The position numbers and the translations under genes were made by a program. This document shows, piece after piece, positions 55,961 through 64,000 of a stretch of DNA of 64,000 nt. Each line of letters starts with the position of its first letter. The stretch's first letter is position 1. Under the pieces are notes generated by a model. That model saw nothing but the letters and a program-made list of their open reading frames with translations. It was not told the DNA's origin and did not search any database. The DNA is taken from the NCBI GenBank assembly GCA_943788295.1, contig CALSPS010000003.1, forward strand, positions 117,287 to 181,286, read 5' to 3'. The DNA comes from Candidatus Poseidoniaceae archaeon (lineage in GTDB: Archaea; Thermoplasmatota; Poseidoniia; Poseidoniales; Poseidoniaceae).

Positions 55961-57145
55961 TTGCATTTGTTCATGGACGATGTTGCAGCAGCGAAAAGCG
56001 AGTCAGACCACGACGTGCTGAGTGAAGTCGAAGAGGCGTTTGAAGGCCTCTTGGATGTTGCAAACCCAATGAAAAACAAATTGAATTGGCTGTTGCTTGC
56101 GTTCCCAATCGCTCTATGGGCGAACATGGGTCATCAACAAGAATTTGCGTTCATCTTCTCGATGATTGCCATTATGCCGTTGGCGTTCCTTATGGGGAAG
56201 GCCACTGAAGAAATCGCATTGCGCACAGGCGAAACGGTTGGCGGTCTTCTCAATGCCACCTTTGGTAATGCAGTTGAGATGATCATTGCCGGCCTTGCGC
56301 TTTACACTGCGTCACAATCTGTCGACCCGGAAACGATTGCCACCATGATCACGGTGACACAAGCGTCCCTCATCGGTTCAATTCTCGGTAACCTCCTGCT
56401 CGTGCTTGGCCTTGCAATGGTGTGGGGCGGAATCAATCACAAGGTCCAACATTTCAACCATGAATCCGGGCAGATGAATGGATCTTTGTTGCTCTTAGCC
56501 ATCGTTGCGTTCATTATTCCAAGCGCTGTTGAATATGCGGGTGGCGATGGATCCGCTGTGAAGGAACTGTCCCACTACACAGCCATCATCATGCTCATCA
56601 TTTACGCTCTAGCCCTTCTGTTTCAGCTCAAAACGCACGTCGATGTGTTTGCAACAGAAGCCGGCCACGGCACACACGAACACCCCACCATGGCCATCAA
56701 AGACGCATGGATTTTGCTCATTGCTTCAACAGCCCTGGTTGGTTGGATGGCTCACGTGCTCGTTCATAACCTCGAATCTGCAGTGGATGAACTCGGTGTG
56801 CCAGAACTGTTCATCGGCGTCATCCTCTTGCCCTTCTTTGGTAATGCAGCAGAGCATTTTGCTGCTGTGATTGTTGCGGGTAAAGATAAGATGGATTTGG
56901 CCATCGCTATTGCCATCGGTTCAAGCGTTCAAATAGCGTTATTTGTTGCTCCGGCGATGGTGATTCTCGGTTGGATGCTCGGTGTTCCATTGACCCTTGA
57001 GTTTGGCCTTCTGGAAACATCAGCCACCTTCATTTCAGTGCTCGTGGCGAATTCCATTCTTTCAGATGGTAAGACGAATTGGCTGGAAGGCTCTATGCTG
57101 CTTGGAAGCTACATCATCTTAGGTGCTGCGTTTTTCTTGTTTTGA
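55961..57145 (+). CDS. cax: Ca2+/H+ antiporter (CAX/ChaA family)
   Basis: alpha-1 GGLLNATFGNAVE...GSILGNLLLVLG; alpha-2 GNAAEH...GSSVQIALFVAP; NWLEG. Confidence 0.92.
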   Translation: MHLFMDDVAAAKSESDHDVLSEVEEAFEGLLDVANPMKNKLNWLLLAFPIALWANMGHQQEFAFIFSMIAIMPLAFLMGKATEEIALRTGETVGGLLNATFGNAVEMIIAGLALYTASQSVDPETIATMITVTQASLIGSILGNLLLVLGLAMVWGGINHKVQHFNHESGQMNGSLLLLAIVAFIIPSAVEYAGGDGSAVKELSHYTAIIMLIIYALALLFQLKTHVDVFATEAGHGTHEHPTMAIKDAWILLIASTALVGWMAHVLVHNLESAVDELGVPELFIGVILLPFFGNAAEHFAAVIVAGKDKMDLAIAIAIGSSVQIALFVAPAMVILGWMLGVPLTLEFGLLETSATFISVLVANSILSDGKTNWLEGSMLLGSYIILGAAFFLF

Positions 57146-57161
57146 ATCGAGGTGTTAAACA

Positions 57162-57698
57162 ATGAGAAAAATTGGAATTGCCCTTGTTGCATTGTTCACG
57201 CTCCTTCTCCTTGGTGGGACCGTTGGTTACACTATGGAAGGCACCGTTGACGATGTTCCGACTCCAAACGTGCAGGGCCTTGTGTTCTTTGCCGATGATC
57301 CGTTGCCTGGGAACGCAGCATCGCTTGTGCTCAACGCAGACACAACCATCACATGGGATCGAGATGATATTTTCCTCGTCATCTCAGATGACGGAAAGAA
57401 AAAGCAATGCGATGATATTGCCAATGGCGGTAGTCTGAGCGGGTTTGACACCACCAGTAAAACTTGCACATACGCCGATGAAGGCTATGTGGCGAAGGGT
57501 GACAACGGAGCCGATGGCGTTGATTGGCGCGTCGAATCGGGCGAATTCTATGCTGGAATTGGTACCAAGGAAGGTGTGCTTCCAGCCGGCACTGAACTCA
57601 ATCTGATGTACTCAATCGATTTGACGCTGAGCGCTGCAGGGTATTTGTTCCTCATGCTTGGTGAAGCAGCAGGTCTGATGTTGATGCGTCAGAAGTGA
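57162..57698 (+). CDS. Small exported protein with N- and C-terminal TM segments
   Basis: GAGGTG SD; hydrophobic termini; Cys pair. Confidence 0.7.
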   Translation: MRKIGIALVALFTLLLLGGTVGYTMEGTVDDVPTPNVQGLVFFADDPLPGNAASLVLNADTTITWDRDDIFLVISDDGKKKQCDDIANGGSLSGFDTTSKTCTYADEGYVAKGDNGADGVDWRVESGEFYAGIGTKEGVLPAGTELNLMYSIDLTLSAAGYLFLMLGEAAGLMLMRQK

Positions 57699-57701
57699 AT
57701 G

Positions 57702-58961
57702 TCACTCAACGCCATCGTAGTAGGTTTGGACGGCCTCGTCCAAGTCCAACCATGATTGGCGCTCGTCGAGGGTTTGTGTGGTGCCATCAAAGCGAACCGC
57801 ATCGCCACCAACCCACAAATCAAGGCATGTTGCACCGTTGAACAGCAAGTTGGTGATGTGTCGGTTGTTTGAACGGCCTGTTGGCCTCATGCGAACATCG
57901 TCAATGTCCCATACAGCCCAATCTTGGCTGCCTTTGGTTGCCATTGCAAAAGCATCCTTTGCGGTCATTAAGGTCGGATCCCAATGGTCGTGGCGCTGAA
58001 CGAGCGCAGCGAGTCGCGCTTCTGCAAGCAGATTCAATCCACTTCCAGATGAAGCGGCACCGTCCGTTCCAATCCGCACATCGACTCCAGCTTCATTGAA
58101 GGCAGGAAGCGAAAGGGTGCCTCCACAGGCCAGTTTCATGTTGGAAGACGGACAGTGAACTGCTGTTGCTTCATGCCGTGCAAGCATTCGGATTTCGTTT
58201 TTCTTCATCCAAGAGGCGTGCGCACAAATCGTCCCCGGCTTGAAGAAATCAATGCTGTCAAGGTACTCGACAGGGTAGAGCCCCGTTTTTTCATGGCATT
58301 CAGCGACTTCTTTTCTGGTTTCACTGACGTGGATGTGCAGGCGAGCATCTCGTTTTTCAGCAAGTTCCGACGCTCGTCGAAGGGTCTCTTCACTGCAGAG
58401 GTAAACTGAATGCGTGGCAATTGCATACTGCACCTTATCGAGGGGCGATTGATGCTTCAGCATCGAATCCAGTTCATCGAGTGCGGATTGTGCGTCTTCA
58501 TGAGAAGGCAGTGCAGCATCACTTACTGGGCCACCAATCAGCCCTCGTAACCCCGCTTTATCGAGCACTTCACCCGTGATGGCGGGATAGAAGTACATGT
58601 CAGCGGCGAACGATGTGCCTGTCTTGATCAATTCGGCAGCGGCGGCCTGAGCACCAACCTTGACAAATTCTGGGGTGATTTTCGCCTCGGTTGGAAAGAT
58701 GGCTTCATTGAGCCAGCGATGCAATGGAAAACCATCGCTGAAGTCCCGTGCGTTCAATTGCATGGCAAGGTGCGTGTGCCAATTTTGTAGGCTTCGAGTG
58801 ATGAGTCTGTTCGAGCCGTCAACATCCTGTTTGACGTCTTCATCTCCATTTGAGGAGGACCATGACCCGTCTTGATGGAGCAAGACATCGCCAACATGCT
58901 TGTTGCCAGTCTCATCATAGAGCACCGCGTTGCGGTATCGCACCGAATCGCCTTCGCCCAT
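57702..58961 (-). CDS. Amidohydrolase, MTA/SAH deaminase-like
   Basis: NWHTH, ADMYF, HSVY, HIHVSET, HCPSSNMKLACG, GTDG; ATG 58961 (longer ORF runs through a tRNA). Confidence 0.85.
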   Translation of the reverse strand: MGEGDSVRYRNAVLYDETGNKHVGDVLLHQDGSWSSSNGDEDVKQDVDGSNRLITRSLQNWHTHLAMQLNARDFSDGFPLHRWLNEAIFPTEAKITPEFVKVGAQAAAAELIKTGTSFAADMYFYPAITGEVLDKAGLRGLIGGPVSDAALPSHEDAQSALDELDSMLKHQSPLDKVQYAIATHSVYLCSEETLRRASELAEKRDARLHIHVSETRKEVAECHEKTGLYPVEYLDSIDFFKPGTICAHASWMKKNEIRMLARHEATAVHCPSSNMKLACGGTLSLPAFNEAGVDVRIGTDGAASSGSGLNLLAEARLAALVQRHDHWDPTLMTAKDAFAMATKGSQDWAVWDIDDVRMRPTGRSNNRHITNLLFNGATCLDLWVGGDAVRFDGTTQTLDERQSWLDLDEAVQTYYDGVE

Positions 58962-59044
58962 GGTGGTCGCTGGACCCCTCCCCTCATCAACGCTGGGTTT
59001 CTGACCGTGTGGCTTATGTCCATCAGTCGCTGCCCACGGCTTGC

Positions 59045-59117
59045 GCCACTGTGGCTTAGCTGGTATAGCACCTGATTCGTAATCAGGAGGTCGGGAGTTC
59101 GAACCTCCCCAGTGGCT
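59045..59117 (+). tRNA. tRNA-Thr(CGT)
   Basis: Acceptor GCCACTG/CAGTGGC, D-arm TGGCTTAGCTGGTATAGC, anticodon arm CCTGA-TTCGTAA-TCAGG, T-arm GGGAGTTCGAACCTCCC; CCA not encoded. Confidence 0.95.
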
Positions 59118-59122
59118 CCTCT

Positions 59123-60385
59123 TCATTCGTTGTGAATCGAGAACTCAGTTTCCATTGAGAAGGCACGTGCGCTGGCTTCGAGGCTTGCGACCGCTGGAAG
59201 GCTTCTTCCAGAAATGTAATCCAAACATGCTCCTCCGCCGGTTGAGACATGGCCCATCTTTGAGGCTAGGTTGCGCTTCATGATGAGGGTCGCAGTGTGC
59301 CCACCTCCAACAACAACGTAAGCATCAGACTCAGCACATGCGTTGAGCATTTCGATGGTGCCCAAAGCGAAATCTGGGAGTTCAAAGACGCCGGCTGGCC
59401 CATTGAGGTGAACGGTTCCAGCCTTCTTGATGGCCATTGAAAGGTTTCGAACGGATTGAATGCCCAAGTCGAAGATTGGGGCGGAAACGGGGAGCTGATC
59501 AAGCGATAGGTCGACCCGGTTGTCTTCGACGTTGGCCGCTACATCCACAGGAAGTCGAATGCGGTCCTTGAAATCGGTCAACAGGGATTTTGCTTTCTCA
59601 ACGGTCGGGTACCATTGTTTGCCCAATTCGCCCACAAGGAAGTCATGGTTGACAAGGCCAATATCATGGCCGGCAAGTTCGAGCATCAGGTTTGCAACGC
59701 CGCCAGTCACCCATACTTCGTCACAGATTTCGTTTCGAAGCATGTTTTCTGCAACAGCGATCGAATCGTCGACTTTGACGCCTCCAAGAACGGCAATGCA
59801 AGGGCGAGCAGGGCGTTCAAGAGCCAAATCTAATTTGCGAATTTCATTCGCCATCAATTCACCTGCCACGCATGGAATTAGGTTGGTGAATCCAACACCG
59901 GACGGTGTTGCACGGTGTGCGCAAGCAAACGCATCATAGACATACAAGTCGGCAACACTGGCCAGTTTTTGTACCATTTGAGTTTCAGCCATGGCCTCAA
60001 AATTGCCTTTGGTTTTGACTTCCTCATCGTACATCCGAACGTTGTTGAGCATGAGGATGTCTCCATCTTCTAACGCCTCGATGGCGCTCATTGCTCTGTC
60101 ACCAGCGAGGTCTTCGACCCATTTGATTGGCCGGCCAAGAATTCGGCCAAGTTCCCTCGAATGGCCAAGCGTGGTTGTGAAGTCGTCTTTCCCTGGCCGT
60201 GATTGGTGGGCGAGAAGGACCACTTTCGCCTTAGAAAGCCGGTTGAGGGTAGGGACAATTGCCTTGATTCTGGTGTCGTCCAAGAACAGATTGCTTCCAG
60301 GCGCCATAGGGGAATTGATGTCGACGCGAACGATGACCGTTCGGCCTTCAACATTGACATTCTCGAGGGTGAGAACACTCGCCAT
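59123..60385 (-). CDS. pgk: Phosphoglycerate kinase
   Basis: VRVDINSP, LAHQSRPG, DAFACAHR, LGGVKVDD, NGPAGVFE, GGGHT, HVSTGGGA. Confidence 0.97.
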   Translation of the reverse strand: MASVLTLENVNVEGRTVIVRVDINSPMAPGSNLFLDDTRIKAIVPTLNRLSKAKVVLLAHQSRPGKDDFTTTLGHSRELGRILGRPIKWVEDLAGDRAMSAIEALEDGDILMLNNVRMYDEEVKTKGNFEAMAETQMVQKLASVADLYVYDAFACAHRATPSGVGFTNLIPCVAGELMANEIRKLDLALERPARPCIAVLGGVKVDDSIAVAENMLRNEICDEVWVTGGVANLMLELAGHDIGLVNHDFLVGELGKQWYPTVEKAKSLLTDFKDRIRLPVDVAANVEDNRVDLSLDQLPVSAPIFDLGIQSVRNLSMAIKKAGTVHLNGPAGVFELPDFALGTIEMLNACAESDAYVVVGGGHTATLIMKRNLASKMGHVSTGGGACLDYISGRSLPAVASLEASARAFSMETEFSIHNE

Positions 60386-60528
60386 TGAAACGCCCAGTCG
60401 GTGCGGGTTTTTGATTCAAACGGGTCGAAAACTCCCTGCGCGGGCCTGCTCGTTCACCTCGGAACCGCGCGTGTCGAGGGGCTCGTCGGGCCGAAAGGTG
60501 ATATAGCCGCGAACACCGCTTTGAAGCG

Positions 60529-61485
60529 ATGGCGCGCGAAGGCTCCGAAAGGGACACATCGCTGGAAGGTGCACGCCGTCGCGCCAGCACCAGCACATCT
60601 TCCTTTGGTGTTTCAAGAAGGGAAGGCCACGACGCATCAACCTACTATGGCAGCAGGGTGAACGAAGGTCTTGTTTCAAGCCGCGAGGTCGGAAAGGAGC
60701 AAGATTTGCCACCGACCATGGCCAACACTGTGATTTCCGGTGATTCGAGAAACCTCGACCTTCCAGACAATTGCGTCCATCTTGTTGTCACCTCACCGCC
60801 TTACAATGCCAGTAAGGATTACGATGAGGACCTCTCACTCGCCGAATACCTTGATCTGCTTCACGGCGTGTTCGCAGAGTGCTACAGGGTCCTTGCTCCG
60901 GGCGGTCGAATGGTCATCAACGTCGCTAACTTAGGTCGCAAACCCTACATCCCCCTCTCCAGTCACGTGAACCTCATCATGTCAGAAATTGGATTTTTGA
61001 TGCGGGGCGAAATCATTTGGGATAAATCAGCAAGTGCCGGTTCATCTTGTGCATGGGGTTCCTTCCAAAGCGCCAGCAACCCTTGCCTGCGCGACGTCCA
61101 CGAATACCTTCTCGTGTTCTCAAAAGGTGATTACAAGTTGAAGCGAGATAAGCAGGAACGCGCCGAAGGGCGCATCGACACCATCCCCCGTGACGACTTT
61201 ATCAAGCACACCAAATCCATCTGGTCATTTGCCACTGAGCGTGCATCCAGAGTGAATCATCCTGCTCCTTTCCCAGTGGAATTGCCAAAACGTTGCATAG
61301 AAATGTACAGTTTTGTTGGTGATGTTGTGCTCGATCCGTTCAACGGTTCAGGGACCACATGTGTAGCAGCAAAATCGACAGGTCGCGTGTACATCGGTGT
61401 CGATCTTTCCCAAGAATACTGCACGATTGCCGAGACTCGGCTTGAGTCCGTCGAACCCTGGACTGCCCCAGAAGTGACCGTCTGA
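60529..61485 (+). CDS. Orphan beta-class N4-C/N6-A DNA methyltransferase
   Basis: VVTSPPY (motif IV) precedes HPAPFP and VLDPFNGSGTT (motif I). Confidence 0.9.
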   Translation: MAREGSERDTSLEGARRRASTSTSSFGVSRREGHDASTYYGSRVNEGLVSSREVGKEQDLPPTMANTVISGDSRNLDLPDNCVHLVVTSPPYNASKDYDEDLSLAEYLDLLHGVFAECYRVLAPGGRMVINVANLGRKPYIPLSSHVNLIMSEIGFLMRGEIIWDKSASAGSSCAWGSFQSASNPCLRDVHEYLLVFSKGDYKLKRDKQERAEGRIDTIPRDDFIKHTKSIWSFATERASRVNHPAPFPVELPKRCIEMYSFVGDVVLDPFNGSGTTCVAAKSTGRVYIGVDLSQEYCTIAETRLESVEPWTAPEVTV

Positions 61486-61488
61486 GCC

Positions 61489-62234
61489 TCATTGAGGCGG
61501 CTGAACGTTGTCCCAAGGGCTCTGAGCAGGTTGAGCAGGCTGTTGCGTCAACGGAGGCGTGATTGGCGTATGCGGTACAGCTGCAGGCTGTATGGATTGG
61601 CCAACGGGGGCTTGGATCATTTGTTGCCCGACAGGCGCTTGATAGGCAGTTTGTCCCATTGGCATTTGACCAACGGGCATGGCAATGCGCTTGTGGAGGT
61701 TCGTCCAACACACAGCGCAAGGATGATGCCGAGAATGAGCAGTGGAATTGAACAACAAATTCCGAATCCCCCGCCGATTGCTCCAAAGATGCCACCGACG
61801 ACAGCCTCGATGCATTCTGAGTCACAGTAATCTCCCTCAACGACCACCTCGACATTGCTGTCTACGGTGTAACTTTCATCGGTGTCAGAGGCGACCAAGT
61901 AACTGAAAAATTCACGATCCCCATCGTAATATTGCTGCATAGTATCGCATTCAAACCATGCCTCAGTGAGCACAGTGTTGCCCGAATCGTCGGTGATGGT
62001 GAGTTCCAGGTTGTTACAATCGATCGGGTGAATCACGTACACTGAAATGGTCCAATAGTCCAAATTGTACGTTGGTTCTGCTGCAATGGTGAACGACCCA
62101 TCCTCAGATTCGAAGTATGTTTGGGTCTCAACGCCCGAGTCGGCAACGCTGCCGACCCCAAACGCAAGACCGATGCCACTGCCGATGAACAGAAGGGCGC
62201 CGAGGATGAGTGTGATTTTACTTGCAATGTGCAT
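61489..62234 (-). pseudogene. Membrane protein with P/Q-rich tail, frameshifted near 61690-61714 (or sequence error)
   Basis: ORF 62234-61617 (signal, acidic ectodomain, TM) switches into a different frame encoding IAMPVGQMPMGQ...SPWDNVQPPQ ending at 61489. Confidence 0.6.
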
Positions 62235-62342
62235 GGGGGGAGGTTTGAGCGCCCCCCTATCAATTTGCCCATTGAGCGTTTGTTTAATTTTCGAGGGATA
62301 GAAGCGGATTCATTTAGAACAGTCGCCATCCACCGTCGTCTA

Positions 62343-63617
62343 ATGACGGGCTGGGATGTGGCAGACTTGACCGGTCCTGACGGGGAAGATTGGAGGGTCC
62401 CCGCCTCTGAACTTGCCGCACGCCAGCACCAACTTGCAGAACGCATGCGCGATGAAGGCCAACCGGGAGTTTTGATTCAACATCCAGTGGATTTGTATTA
62501 TTTTACAGGCGGGCGTCAAAATGCCTCGATGTTCATTCCGGCAGCCGAAGCGGGAGGAAGTCACCAGGCAGGTGGCAACGGCCCTGTTCTGTTCGTTCGC
62601 CGCTCATTGCAGCGGGCATTGTACGAGGGAGGAGGAAGCGATTGCCCTCATGATGTCGAATCGTTTCCACGCATGAAGCAATTTGCTGAGGTTCTAAGCG
62701 CCCGTGGTGTTGTGCACGCTCCCTCTCTTCAATTCGGTGAAGTTCCCAAATCCTACTCCGACAGGTTCGTGTCCGCCCTTTCCCCTTTGGGCGATTGCAA
62801 GGACGCCACCTCGATCATTCACGCTCAGCGTGAAGTAAAATCTCGCTGGGAGCAAGAGCAACTGAACGCCGCTGCAGATGTACAACTAAGGATGTTTGAA
62901 GCGGTTAAGGCGGTTGGCGGCGAGGGTGTTACGGAATTGGAATTGGTGGCAGCAGCAGAAGCTGTAAGCCGATCCGAGGGCTTTGGTGGCCAAGTCTACA
63001 TGCGTCGTTTCCCACTTCAGTGTGACCGAGGTGTGATCGTAGCTGGTCGTGCTGGAGGCATTCCCTCTTTCTTTGACTCAGCCGTTGGAGGCACCGGCGC
63101 TCATCCGTTGAATGGCATGGGGTCTGGTTTCACTCGAATCAAAGCGAATGAACCGGTTTTGGTGGATCTGGTCCACGCCCACCGAGGGTACATCGTTGAC
63201 ATGACGAGGATGTTTGTCGCAGGTTCGCTCGACACGACTTGGGTTTCTCGGTTAGAGGACATGGTAGCGGTCAAAGACACGGTTGTCGATGTGCTGGACC
63301 GTGGAGGATTATGCAGTGAGGCTTGGAACGAAGGATTTGCTTTGGCTGAAGAACTCGGTCACGCCGAACATCTCATGGGAATGGCACCCGACCAAAGCCG
63401 CTTTCTCGGGCACTCAGTTGGTCTTCAACTCGACGAATCACCTGTCGTCGCCCGAGGGTTTGATCGTCCGCTGCCCATTGGCGCAACGATGGCCATCGAG
63501 CCAAAGGTGGTGCATTCAGAAGGAAGCATTGGGACAGAAGACACGTGGATTCGAGATGATGATGGCATGCGCCCCATCTCAGCAGATGGCCTGTGGCCTG
63601 CAATAACGGAGTGGTGA
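62343..63617 (+). CDS. Xaa-Pro aminopeptidase / M24 family metallopeptidase
   Basis: DLYYFTG, REVKS..E, VLVDL, GYIVDMTR, GHSVGLQLDE, AIEPK, GTEDT. Confidence 0.9.
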   Translation: MTGWDVADLTGPDGEDWRVPASELAARQHQLAERMRDEGQPGVLIQHPVDLYYFTGGRQNASMFIPAAEAGGSHQAGGNGPVLFVRRSLQRALYEGGGSDCPHDVESFPRMKQFAEVLSARGVVHAPSLQFGEVPKSYSDRFVSALSPLGDCKDATSIIHAQREVKSRWEQEQLNAAADVQLRMFEAVKAVGGEGVTELELVAAAEAVSRSEGFGGQVYMRRFPLQCDRGVIVAGRAGGIPSFFDSAVGGTGAHPLNGMGSGFTRIKANEPVLVDLVHAHRGYIVDMTRMFVAGSLDTTWVSRLEDMVAVKDTVVDVLDRGGLCSEAWNEGFALAEELGHAEHLMGMAPDQSRFLGHSVGLQLDESPVVARGFDRPLPIGATMAIEPKVVHSEGSIGTEDTWIRDDDGMRPISADGLWPAITEW

Positions 63618-63886
63618 TGATGACAGAACAGGAACACGCAGAAACGGATGTATGTGAGAAACTTGAAGGATGGACCCACGAGGATGTGGGAAAGCGAATT
63701 CCAAAGCGAAGCACTCCAAACGGAACGTATTACAACGAACCAATCGTTGCGGTTTTTTGTCAATTCTGCGGATCTGAATTCATTGGGCCCAGCCGCGAAG
63801 CAGGCGGATTTCTTGGTGGGCACGAGTGCCTCCATGCGTGGGAGATTTCCCAAGCCATGAGTCGAGAAGACGGTCTGACCGAGTGA
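63617..63886 (+). CDS. Small C2H2-type zinc-binding protein
   Basis: CQFC-x17-HECLH; TGATG stop/start overlap with the peptidase. Confidence 0.7.
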   Translation: MMTEQEHAETDVCEKLEGWTHEDVGKRIPKRSTPNGTYYNEPIVAVFCQFCGSEFIGPSREAGGFLGGHECLHAWEISQAMSREDGLTE

Positions 63887-64000
63887 AGCCGCCATTCAAA
63901 GCGACCATAGTGTTCAATATGCTTCATCGCTGAGTGGAGGGTATGGCCAAACCATATTCCCCCGGACACATCGGTGCTGTTGCCTCAAATTTCACTGAAA

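Noticed and set aside
58962-59126. 55-aa N-terminal extension of the amidohydrolase
   Set aside because: It is the antisense of tRNA-Thr; ATG 58961 fits the family
459-63895. Numerous 60-250 aa antisense or alternative-frame ORFs (e.g. 459-1064, 12914-13618, 31978-32718, 39223-39858)
   Set aside because: Fully overlap well-supported genes and have no recognisable motifs; expected shadow ORFs at this GC content
1-64000. CRISPR array, integrase/transposase, prophage or rRNA
   Set aside because: No regularly spaced repeats, recombinase/transposase motifs or rRNA-like tracts seen; the tRNA 3' ends have no visible duplicated att copy in the window
63943-64000. Probable start of a further CDS (ATGGCCAAACCA after GGAGG)
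   Set aside because: Truncated by the window edge; too short to identify

Overview
Gene-dense, apparently core-chromosomal segment of an archaeon. Archaeal markers are RadA, a TFB paralogue, RaSEA, AK6/Fap7, archaeal YchF, an initiator tRNA with A1:U72 and GGTGA Shine-Dalgarno sites. These occur with bacterial-type metabolic genes (maeB, icd, pabB-pabA/pabC, rlmH, pduO, GST) and giant acidic surface proteins, which best fits Marine Group II (Poseidoniales, Thermoplasmatota); the taxonomy is inference. About 50 CDS and 2 tRNAs are supported. No CRISPR array, integrase, transposase or rRNA was seen. Most notable: (1) a cbb3-oxidase subunit I (CcoN)-fold membrane protein that has lost five of six metal-ligand His and carries two canonical EF-hands. 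Its operon shares an ACCCCTAYGGGGT palindrome with the surface-protein/Ca2+:H+ antiporter operon, suggesting a possible Ca/metal-sensing system. (2) A highly divergent TFB head-to-head with an AddAB-like helicase-nuclease pair in which both subunits have Fe-S-type Cys sets. (3) A ~110-nt nested structured element upstream of maeB. (4) A 1100-aa helical-repeat protein with an intact C-terminal PIN nuclease. All homology calls are by-eye motif recognition; no searches were run.
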